Shown here: piece after piece, positions 9,607 through 17,278 of the stretch
How positions within the stretch are numbered: the stretch's first letter is position 1
How the letters are laid out: each line of letters begins with the position of its first letter
The notes under the pieces: generated by a model
The model's input: only the letters and a program-made list of their open reading frames with translations
The model's database searches: none
What the model was told of the DNA's origin: nothing
Assembly: GCA_965263055.1 (NCBI GenBank)
Contig: OZ253581.1
Span: 553,650-617,649, forward strand
From: Vicinamibacterales bacterium
Lineage (GTDB): Bacteria > Acidobacteriota > Vicinamibacteria > Vicinamibacterales > UBA8438
Direction: 5' to 3'
DNA: 64,000 nucleotides
Program-made: the position numbers and the translations under genes

Positions 9607-9647
9607 TACCTGCTCCTTCCGTCTGCTCAGGGCTTCGGCATTCTGCG

Positions 9648-11003
9648 TTAGTGAGGGGTCGGCCGCCCCATGATCGTCGGCTTCTGATCGGACAGGCTGT
9701 CGACAACCGCCTGCGACACCACGTTCGAGAAGAGCGGGCGGATGTTCAGGTGGTTGTAAGGCCGGATCTGAATCATCAGCAGGCCGATCAGATCCTCCAC
9801 CGGGTCGGCCCAGTACAGCGTCCCGTAGGCGCCGCCCCAGGTGTAGCTGCCGATCGAGAGCGCGTCGTTCGCCAGGGCCGAGTCGGTCAGGACGCCGAAG
9901 CCGAGACCGAACCCGTAGCCGGGACCCCTGACGTAGACATCCTTGCCGGCCCCGATGTGGTTGCTGATCATGTTGTCGACGGTCATCCGGCCGAGCAGCC
10001 GCACGCCGTTCAACTCGCCGCCGTTCGCGATCATCTGCGCGAACTGGTAGTAGTCGGCGGCCGTGCCGGCAAGCCCCGCCACGCCCCGGAACATCGGCCG
10101 CGGATCGATGTACCGCGGCTGCACCATCAACTCGATCTTGCCCTCGTCGCTCGGCCGGTAGACCGACGCCATCCGTTCCACCTTCTCTTCCGGGACGTAG
10201 TAGTACGTGTCGGTCATGCCGAGCGGCTCAAACATCCGCTCGCGCAGGAACTGATCGAGCGACTGCCCGGAGATCTTCTCCACAAGGACAGCGACGTAGT
10301 CGGTGGAGTCGCCGTACTGCCACTCGTTGCCCGGATGGAAGTTGCCCGGGATGATGGCGGCCGCCGCCACCCGCTCGGCGAGCGTCGGCCAGCCCTTGCC
10401 GTCATTCGTCACCTTGGCGACCTGCGCGTCGGTCAGCCCCTTGCCGCCCGGGTTCATCGTCAGCCCGGAGGTGTGCGTCAGGACATGCCGCACCGTGACC
10501 GGCCACGCCTCCGGCACGGTGGCCGGCCGGACACCGTCCGCGTTGATCCGGACCCTGTGATTCCCGTATTCCGGGATCCACTTGGCGATCGGATCATCGA
10601 GCAGGAACTTCCCCTCCTCGAACAGCATCATCAGCGCCGAAGAGACGATCGGCTTGGTCATCGACATCAACACGAAGATGTCGTCCGTCGTCATCGGGAT
10701 CCGGTTCGCCGCGTCCCGCCAGCCCTGCGCCTCGAAGTGGACCACCTTCCCCTTGCGCGCCACCAGCGTCACCGCGCCGGCGATCTGCTCGGTGTCGATG
10801 TAGTGCTGGATGAAGGCATCGATCCGCTCCAGCCGCTCGGTGGACATGCCGACCGACTCCGCCTCGGCTACCACGATGTCTTCCGCCGCGCTCGCGGCGA
10901 ACGGCGCGTCGCCGTACCCGCCCGGCGCGAGCAACGCGGCCGCAATCACACCCGCCGCTGCCATGACCGGCCAGCGCCGGCGATAGGTCATTCTGCCTCT
11001 CAT
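9648..11003 (-). CDS. Serine hydrolase, beta-lactamase/transpeptidase-like family
   Basis: SxxK motif SMTKP following LMSM. Signal peptide. YGDSTDY and class-C-like layout. Confidence 0.85.
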   Translation of the reverse strand: MRGRMTYRRRWPVMAAAGVIAAALLAPGGYGDAPFAASAAEDIVVAEAESVGMSTERLERIDAFIQHYIDTEQIAGAVTLVARKGKVVHFEAQGWRDAANRIPMTTDDIFVLMSMTKPIVSSALMMLFEEGKFLLDDPIAKWIPEYGNHRVRINADGVRPATVPEAWPVTVRHVLTHTSGLTMNPGGKGLTDAQVAKVTNDGKGWPTLAERVAAAAIIPGNFHPGNEWQYGDSTDYVAVLVEKISGQSLDQFLRERMFEPLGMTDTYYYVPEEKVERMASVYRPSDEGKIELMVQPRYIDPRPMFRGVAGLAGTAADYYQFAQMIANGGELNGVRLLGRMTVDNMISNHIGAGKDVYVRGPGYGFGLGFGVLTDSALANDALSIGSYTWGGAYGTLYWADPVEDLIGLLMIQIRPYNHLNIRPLFSNVVSQAVVDSLSDQKPTIMGRPTPH

Positions 11004-11029
11004 CGTTCTGCCCTCCGCGAATGCCCGCG

Positions 11030-12409
11030 TTACTGGTAGTCCACCGCCGCCAGCGAGACGCGGATGATCTCCTCGTCGTTCCGTGTCACCAGGTGGCGGT
11101 TGGCGTAGGCCGGGTGGGTCCAGTTGACCGCCCGGTCCTCGAAGCGACGCGGTCCGTAGCCCGAGCGCGACGTCGCCTCGATCAGCGTAGTCCGATCGAT
11201 CTCCTCGTAGCCTTCCGGCGTGAACCGCGCGATCATCAGGTCGCCGGCGTCGTTGTTGACGAAGTAGCGGTCGCCGTGGCGCACCATGAACGCGGCGCCC
11301 CAGCGGCGCTGCGCGGTCATCTCATCCGACACCCAGAGCCGCTCTCCGGTCCGCGCGTCGAGGCCGCGCAGCTCGCCGTAACTGTCGACCCCGTAGATGT
11401 AGTCGCCGTCGACAATCGGCGTCGTGATGACCGAATGGAGCGCCCTGGTATCGTCCGGCATCTCGCTCGAGCCGCTGATCTGCCAGACCTGCTCGGCGGC
11501 GGGCCGGTCGCTGGCGAGGCGAAGCATCATCGACCCGCCGTACAACTGGGTCAGAAAGAGCTGGTTGCCGTCCCGGACCGGTGTGGCCACGGTCATGCTC
11601 GAGGGGACCTCCCACCGCTCGGACCAGTAGATCGCCCCGGTCTCCAGATTGAGCGAGGTGACCGCGGTCGGATGCCAGACGATCAACTGCCGCACGCCGC
11701 CCGCCTCGTAGATGACCGGCTGGCCGTAGCCCATCTCGTTGGTCACGTCGATCGCGCGCCAGATCTCCTCGCCCGTCATCTTGTCGAACGCCATCACCAG
11801 TCCGTCCGGCTCGGCGCCGACGATGTGGATCAGGCGGTCGCCATCGACGATGGGGGCGCTGGCCGTTCCCCAGATGGGCACCGTCGTGTCGTAGTCCGTC
11901 GCCGTATCGTGCTGCCAGAGCACCTCACCGGTCTCGACCTGCAGGCAGAGCAGCATCCCGGCCCCGCCGGCAACATAGACCCGGTCGCCATCGACGGTCG
12001 GCGTGGCGCGCGGCCCGGTCGCGTAGGACAACATCAGGTTGCGGTAAGCGGTCAGCCACTCGTACGTCCAGAGGACGTCGCCCGTCGCCTCGTCGAGCAC
12101 CAGCAGCCGCTCGGTGCCGTCCATCACCCGCGTTTCCGGCAGGAACTCGAAGTCGGTGACGAACACCCGGCCGTCGACGATCGCCGGGCCCGAGAAGCCC
12201 GACTCGATCGGCGTCCGCCACGCAACTCTCAACCCGTCGGCCGGGAAGCGGTCGATGATGCCATCCTCGGTCCACACCCCCAGGCGGCCGGCGCCGCGCC
12301 ACTCCGGCCAGTCGGCCGCCCCGAGCGCCGGCGACACAAGCGCCAGTCCGACGGCTGCCAGCATCCATCCCGAAACCGATCGACCCGACCGGCGCGGCGC
12401 TATTCGCAT
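11030..12409 (-). CDS. Secreted PQQ-like beta-propeller repeat protein (BamB-like fold)
   Basis: Signal peptide MRIAPRRSGRSVSGWMLAAVGLALVSPALGAADWPEWRG. Repeated propeller-blade motifs of the type V.V....G.L..LD..TGE.LW. The first 106 codons of the track ORF look non-coding, so the start is placed at Met-107. Confidence 0.7.
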   Translation of the reverse strand: MRIAPRRSGRSVSGWMLAAVGLALVSPALGAADWPEWRGAGRLGVWTEDGIIDRFPADGLRVAWRTPIESGFSGPAIVDGRVFVTDFEFLPETRVMDGTERLLVLDEATGDVLWTYEWLTAYRNLMLSYATGPRATPTVDGDRVYVAGGAGMLLCLQVETGEVLWQHDTATDYDTTVPIWGTASAPIVDGDRLIHIVGAEPDGLVMAFDKMTGEEIWRAIDVTNEMGYGQPVIYEAGGVRQLIVWHPTAVTSLNLETGAIYWSERWEVPSSMTVATPVRDGNQLFLTQLYGGSMMLRLASDRPAAEQVWQISGSSEMPDDTRALHSVITTPIVDGDYIYGVDSYGELRGLDARTGERLWVSDEMTAQRRWGAAFMVRHGDRYFVNNDAGDLMIARFTPEGYEEIDRTTLIEATSRSGYGPRRFEDRAVNWTHPAYANRHLVTRNDEEIIRVSLAAVDYQ

Positions 12410-12665
12410 CAAGAATTTCTCCGTTGCCAAGGTCCGGCCCGGGCACACGCGCCCCCCGGATGTACCGCGCCTATTGTCGCGCAAATCCGACGGCGGGCAA
12501 AACGTCCTTGCCGGCGCAGGCCGAATTGACGCCGCGCAGCCGTTTCGAACCGTCCCCTGTCGAGGACAGGCTCGTCCGCTAGCGAGACAGGCCACTGCCG
12601 CTGCCGCGCGCCGGGCGCCTCCGCAAGACCCCTCGTTCCGGGAACCCGCCGGTCGTGCACCGAAG

Positions 12666-12682
12666 TGGCACACGGTATGCAT
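12666..12682 (+). promoter_or_regulatory. Candidate sigma-54 (-24/-12) promoter
   Basis: TGGCACacggtaTGCAT has canonical GG-N10-GC spacing and lies about 45 nt upstream of the ATG at 12726. GACAGG / CCTGTC repeats lie 80-120 bp further upstream. Confidence 0.45.
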
Positions 12683-12725
12683 ATCTGCCGATTGTGAGTG
12701 CTCGATTGTCGGAAGGAGATACACC

Positions 12726-13982
12726 ATGTCACGCCTGATGCCGCGTTTCGCCTCGTCGTTGCTGGTGGCGCTTCTAGTGACCGCGCTCGGCGCGCCGGTC
12801 GTCGCTGTTTCGGCCGAAGCGGCGCAGCGGGCACGCCCCCGTGGCGGCGGACAGGCGTCGCCTCCCGCGCGATCCGCGCCAGCTCCCCGCGCGCAGGCTC
12901 CTGCTCGCCGGGCGCCAGCCGCACGGGAGCCAGCGCGGCGCGCACCGGCCCCAAGTCCATCGCCACCACGCGCGCAGGCTCCCTCACGGAGCGCACCCTC
13001 CGCGCAGCGGCGCGCGCCCTCTACTCAGCCGCCCCCGTCGGCTTCACGTCCGCCGGCATCGAATCGTCGTGATCGCGCGGCGCGTCCGGTCCAGCGACGC
13101 GCGCCCGACGCTGACGGACGCCGCACCCAGCGACCGTCTTCCCCGCAGCTCTCGCCGCCCGAGGCACCCTCGCGGCCGCGCGCGGCGCCACGTCGCGCAC
13201 CGGAAGCGGCAGCAGCGCCGACAGCTCCGCCCAACCGTCCCGGCCGGACCGATGGGGTTCGACCGAACCGTCCAACGACGCCTTCCGCAGGCGTCAACCC
13301 CCGCCGCACCGGCCGGCCGGCCGGCGGCGCAAGCGCTGCCGGACCGCGGCAGCGTGCGCCACAGGTAGTCGACCGGGGCCGCGCGGTGCCGCGCGTCGGC
13401 TCCGCACCCCGCGTCATCGATACGAGCCGGCCGCGCCTGCGGCGCGACGGCCGCGACTATCGGGTTCCGCAGCCCGGGTACCGCTACGGCTACAACTACA
13501 GAACCGGCTACGGCTACTACCGGCCGTGGCCGACCACCGTGCGGTACCGCCACGTCCCGCTCCGCGGTTACCTGCGGCCGCAGGTCCATGGCTCCTGGTT
13601 CTACTTCCCAGGCTTCCACCTCGGGGTGCCGGTCGGCTACCGCCCGTACGGCGGCGGCGTCTGGTCCACCTACCACTATCCGCACGGCGGCTGGTACGAC
13701 CCGTATGCGTACGGCGGCTACGCGTACAGCAATGGCTACAACGACTTCTACACCGGCTTCCTCCGGCTGAGGGTGCGGCCGCGCGACGCGCAGGTGTATG
13801 TCGACGGCTACTTCGTCGGGATCGTCGACGACTTCGACGGGTTCTTCCAGCGGGTGCGGCTCGAGGAGGGACCGCACACCGTCGAGGTCCGCCACACGTA
13901 CTACGAGACGCTCACGCTCGACGTCCTGATCGTCGCGGGCGAGAAAGTGACCTACGAAGGCGACCTGATTCCGCGGCCGTGA
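12726..13982 (+). CDS. Secreted protein: signal peptide, about 200-aa Arg/Pro/Ala-rich polybasic region, Tyr/Gly-rich region, C-terminal PEGA-like domain
   Basis: GGAGAT RBS 5 nt upstream of the ATG. Signal peptide MSRLMPRFASSLLVALLVTALGAPVVAVSAEAA. Repeats PRAQAP(A/S)R(R/S)AP. C-terminus LRVRPRDAQVYVDGYFVG...GPHTVEV...YETLTLDVLIVAGEKVTYEGDL. Confidence 0.65.
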   Translation: MSRLMPRFASSLLVALLVTALGAPVVAVSAEAAQRARPRGGGQASPPARSAPAPRAQAPARRAPAAREPARRAPAPSPSPPRAQAPSRSAPSAQRRAPSTQPPPSASRPPASNRRDRAARPVQRRAPDADGRRTQRPSSPQLSPPEAPSRPRAAPRRAPEAAAAPTAPPNRPGRTDGVRPNRPTTPSAGVNPRRTGRPAGGASAAGPRQRAPQVVDRGRAVPRVGSAPRVIDTSRPRLRRDGRDYRVPQPGYRYGYNYRTGYGYYRPWPTTVRYRHVPLRGYLRPQVHGSWFYFPGFHLGVPVGYRPYGGGVWSTYHYPHGGWYDPYAYGGYAYSNGYNDFYTGFLRLRVRPRDAQVYVDGYFVGIVDDFDGFFQRVRLEEGPHTVEVRHTYYETLTLDVLIVAGEKVTYEGDLIPRP

Positions 13983-13985
13983 CCC

Positions 13986-14047
13986 GGAGCCCGTGGCAAG
14001 ACCCCGCTACCGTCGAACGGCGATGCCGGGGTTTCGCCGCGGGCTCC
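13986..14047. mobile_element. Miniature (62-bp) derivative of the 166-bp TIR element
   Basis: GGAGCCCGTGGCAAGACCCCGC...GCCGGGGTTTCGCCGCGGGCTCC matches both terminal inverted repeats and the first ~20 internal nt of the full-length copies. It lies between two convergent genes. Confidence 0.6.
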
Positions 14048-14385
14048 TACCGTTCCGTCCCGCAGCTCCAGCAGGCGGTGAATTGCGCTTCGATCGTCTC
14101 GCCGCACTTGCGGCACCGCCACGTCTCGCCCTCCGTGCTGACGGGTGCACCCTTGGAGGTAGCGTACTCCTCGGCGATCTCGACTGCGCGGGCGTATAGC
14201 ACCGCGTCGTGGGCAAGCACCCAGAGCGAAGGACGGGTCTCCATGCCGAAGAGCGTCCCGCCCTGGAACGGCACGAAGTCGGCGCCGCGGATAACGACGT
14301 CGATCCCTTCCCGCTCGAGCAGGCCGCGCAGCAGGTGGGCGTCGCCCGGACCGTCGGCGACGTAAATCTTCCGGAGGTCCGACAT
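14047..14385 (-). CDS. DUF2007-like putative signal-transducing protein with a C-terminal zinc ribbon
   Basis: The N-terminus IYVADGPGDAHLLRGLLEREGIDVVIRG is typical of DUF2007. C-terminal CxxC-N10-CxxC (CRKCGETIEAQFTACWSC). Confidence 0.65.
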   Translation of the reverse strand: MSDLRKIYVADGPGDAHLLRGLLEREGIDVVIRGADFVPFQGGTLFGMETRPSLWVLAHDAVLYARAVEIAEEYATSKGAPVSTEGETWRCRKCGETIEAQFTACWSCGTER

Positions 14386-14387
14386 CT

Positions 14388-16037
14388 CTACTGCGCCGGC
14401 GGCACGTCGATCGACAACTCCGCGCCGAACATCGCGGTTCGATCCTGATCGATGGCGGCCCAGCGCAGCAGCGTCTCACTATCGGGTTCGACCATGTCGT
14501 CGAACACCGTGACGCCGTTGACGCTGACCGTGATCGACTGCGTGAAGTCGAACTGCTCGGGCGACAGCAGCAACGTAAACCCTCGGACGCCGCGCGTGTA
14601 GGCATTGACGCGGTTGCCGCGCTGATCCAGCTCGACCCGCCCGGCCGGGTTGCGTCTCGGGAACGCCTGGCGACCCTGGGGGGCGGCGTCGGCGGGATAG
14701 ATCAGCGCAATGTCGAGGCGCTCTCCCGACCGCTCGATGACCAGCGGGATCCGCTGCCCCGGCGCAAAGCCGATCAGCGCCTCCTTCAGGTCGTCCACCG
14801 ACGGATTCAACTGGCCGTCAACGGCGACGATGGTGTCGTCGTCCACCATCCCGGCGGCCGAGGCGATGGAATCCGCCCCCACCTCCAGGACCCGCAATCC
14901 GGTCCCGTCCTGCAGCTCACCGATCATGTTGATGCCGAGCTGCAGCCCCTGATTCGGATCCAGGATCGTGTTGTACGGATCGAGTTCCGGTTCCCCCTCG
15001 ACCTCGCCCAGATCGTCAATCACCAGCCAGTGCGCCCGATTGAAACGGTCCGCGGTACCCGTCTCCCACGACACTCGAGGCGATAGCGGCCGGCGTGTCT
15101 GTTCGGCCATGAACATCGCCATCGCGTCCGCCTCCTCGTCCCACCAGTCGGTGTTGTGGCCTGCCTCCGGCTTGACGCGGAAATCCACAAAGACGCCCGC
15201 CCCCTGGAAAAGCCGCATGAACGGAACGACCGTCGCCGCCGGATAAAGCTGGTCGCGGCCGCCGTTGACGACGAAGAGCGCCTTGTTGCGCAGGTTGGTG
15301 GCGTGCAGGTCGGTGTCCAGCCCGCCGGCAGGGTTGGCGAGGACTATCGGATGGCCGATCAGCAGGGTGAAGCCGGCCCACGGCGTGGTCGCCGTCATCG
15401 CCTGATAGTAGCCGCCGGTTGCGCCGTCGGAGATGCCAACCAGGTGGACCCGGTTCTCGTCGATGTTGTACGTCCGCTTCAGGTCGTGCAGCACACCTGC
15501 GAGGTTCTCGACCTGGCTTCCGTGCCACCAGAGCGATTCCGGCCACGAAAGCGGCGCCACGACAATGGCGTCCTCGCGGGCAAAGCGTTCCTCCCGGCGC
15601 CACCAGCTCCCGTCGTCCCGCTTCGGACGTGCAACACCGCCGTGCAGGTAGACCACCGCCGGGTATCGGACCGCCGGGTCGTAGCTGTCCGGCACGAGGA
15701 CGACGTACGGATGCTCGACCCCGTCGCGGTTCGTGCGGGTCAGTAGGCGCCGGCCGGTCGGGACGTCGTCCCGATAGGCCCGGCCGGCGCGCAACCGGCG
15801 CCAAATCGACTCGATGTCGGGCTCGAGTTCAAGAATGGCGGACGTCGCCGCGGCGAACTCCGCTTCGGTTGCCGACGCCCAGAACTGCTCCACCGCGGAG
15901 TCCAACGCCAAGTCGTCGTCCGACGACTGTCCGGCTCGCGCGGGGAGTGCGGCGACAGCCAGCAGCCCGACTGCCGCCGCGGCGATAGGCACGAACCGGA
16001 CGCGCGTCGCAGCAAGGACGCGCGTCGCGCAGGTCAC
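14388..16037 (-). CDS. Secreted alpha/beta hydrolase (peptidase/esterase type) with a C-terminal PDZ domain
   Basis: Signal peptide. Nucleophile elbow GISDG. YLHGG oxyanion-like segment. PDZ-like GLRVLEVGADSIASAAGMVDDDTIVAVDG...GQRIPLVIERSGERL. Confidence 0.7.
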   Translation of the reverse strand: MTCATRVLAATRVRFVPIAAAAVGLLAVAALPARAGQSSDDDLALDSAVEQFWASATEAEFAAATSAILELEPDIESIWRRLRAGRAYRDDVPTGRRLLTRTNRDGVEHPYVVLVPDSYDPAVRYPAVVYLHGGVARPKRDDGSWWRREERFAREDAIVVAPLSWPESLWWHGSQVENLAGVLHDLKRTYNIDENRVHLVGISDGATGGYYQAMTATTPWAGFTLLIGHPIVLANPAGGLDTDLHATNLRNKALFVVNGGRDQLYPAATVVPFMRLFQGAGVFVDFRVKPEAGHNTDWWDEEADAMAMFMAEQTRRPLSPRVSWETGTADRFNRAHWLVIDDLGEVEGEPELDPYNTILDPNQGLQLGINMIGELQDGTGLRVLEVGADSIASAAGMVDDDTIVAVDGQLNPSVDDLKEALIGFAPGQRIPLVIERSGERLDIALIYPADAAPQGRQAFPRRNPAGRVELDQRGNRVNAYTRGVRGFTLLLSPEQFDFTQSITVSVNGVTVFDDMVEPDSETLLRWAAIDQDRTAMFGAELSIDVPPAQ

Positions 16038-16984
16038 GGCTGGCTTTCTGTCGCTGCCTGCGCACCACCCAGGCCATGCTGGCCCAGGAAGCGCTGGATC
16101 GTTTCGAAGATCGCGGTCGTCTCTTCGCGGTTGAATCCGCCGTGGCCGCCGCCGGGAACGGTATGCAATTCGTTCGACACGCTGGCGCCCGACAACGCTT
16201 CGTGCAACCGGACCGCATGCCGGTACGGCACGGTCGGGTCGGCATCGCCATGGATCGTCAGCACCGGGGGCAGCCCGGAGCGCACGTAAGTGAGCGGTGA
16301 GACCCTCTCGGCCACGTCTTTCCGATCCGCGAGGCTCCCCATCCAGCGAACCGCGTACGTCTTCTCGTTCGCCCCCGCCAGCAGGTCGCCCACATCGGTG
16401 ATGCCGTACCAGTTGATGACGGCCGCGACCCCCAGGTCACCCCGCGGCTGACACTCCAGGTCGAGGCCCGCAGAGGCGGGGATCATCCCGGTAGTGAGGG
16501 CCAGATGTCCCCCGGCGGAGTTGCCGGTCAGAACGATACGGTCGGCGTCGAAACCGTACTGCTCGGCGTTCGCCTTCACCCAGTGCAGCGCGCAGAGGCA
16601 GTCCTCCACGGCGGCCGGCGCGCGAGAGATCCGGCCCAGGCGGTACTGGACGTTGACCACCGCCCATCCCTTCTCGAGCCACGGAAGCAGCCGAAGCACG
16701 TTGCTCTCCTTGCTGCCTCCGACCCAGCCCCCGCCATGGATGTACATCAGGACCGGCGCGGGGCCCGCGCTGTTGCGCGGCAGGTAGAGATCGACCCGGT
16801 TCTCGAAACCGTTCGCGACGTGGTAGGTCACGTTCGGCACCACCCGGAATTCGTTGGAGACATGCGAAGCCCAGATCTCGGTGGAGCCGAGTTGGGCGTC
16901 CGCCACGGACGGTGCTGCCGCCAAGGCGACGACGGCAAACAGAGAAGCAAACGCGAGAGATCGTCTGGTCATGGCCCCTCCCAT
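16034..16984 (-). CDS. Alpha/beta hydrolase, HSL/carboxylesterase-like
   Basis: HGGGW oxyanion motif and GNSAGG nucleophile elbow. Signal peptide. 4-nt overlap with the downstream gene. Confidence 0.8.
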   Translation of the reverse strand: MGGAMTRRSLAFASLFAVVALAAAPSVADAQLGSTEIWASHVSNEFRVVPNVTYHVANGFENRVDLYLPRNSAGPAPVLMYIHGGGWVGGSKESNVLRLLPWLEKGWAVVNVQYRLGRISRAPAAVEDCLCALHWVKANAEQYGFDADRIVLTGNSAGGHLALTTGMIPASAGLDLECQPRGDLGVAAVINWYGITDVGDLLAGANEKTYAVRWMGSLADRKDVAERVSPLTYVRSGLPPVLTIHGDADPTVPYRHAVRLHEALSGASVSNELHTVPGGGHGGFNREETTAIFETIQRFLGQHGLGGAQAATESQP

Positions 16985-17046
16985 TCTCCGCGAACGAGTT
17001 GTCCGCAGAGTATAGAACAGCTACCGTCAATCCTGCACTCTGCCCG

Positions 17047-17212
17047 CTAGGAGCCCGTGGTGAAACCCCGCGTAGCACCGAGAGCGGTGAGGCGCCCGCC
17101 TGACAAGGCGCGACGAGGGAGCATATTGGCCATATGCGACCGAGGAGCAACGCCGTTCAGGCGGGATGCATCGCCGCTCGAATGTAGTGGGGGTTTCACC
17201 ACGGGCTCCTAG
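17047..17212 (+). mobile_element. 166-bp MITE/REPIN-like element, copy 1
   Basis: CTAGGAGCCCGTGGTGAAACCCC ... GGGGTTTCACCACGGGCTCCTAG, about 23-bp terminal inverted repeats. The interior can pair into a long hairpin. Near-identical copies lie at 19204 and 21307. Confidence 0.8.
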
Positions 17213-17278
17213 ACCACCGCCACGCCGTTAACTCTGTGACGCCTCGCCGGATATCATGGCCCCGAAGGCGGAGGAACC

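Noticed and set aside
12405-12425. My manual base-by-base reading around the chosen start of the propeller gene disagreed by one nucleotide with the three ORF-track frames.
   Set aside because: All three track translations are mutually consistent, so this is most likely my own reading error. The coordinate (12409) is taken from the track. Single-nucleotide claims elsewhere in this report carry the same caveat.
12114-12725. 5' extension of the PEGA-protein ORF (622-aa version). Similar extensions occur for 43509..45767 (752 aa), 11030..12727 (565 aa), 26767..28440 (557 aa), 21469..24003 (844 aa) and 5734..6624 (296 aa).
   Set aside because: The extensions are Arg/Pro-rich, overlap divergent genes or promoters and lack signal peptides. 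Internal Met codons with RBSs give canonical N-termini.
17047-17212. A small ORF inside the repeat (MLLGRIWPICSLVAPCQAGASPLSVLRGVSPRAPS...) recurs in two track entries and could be read as a conserved peptide.
   Set aside because: It recurs only because the DNA repeat recurs. It runs antisense through the hairpin-forming element, has no RBS, and continues into unrelated flanking sequence in each copy.
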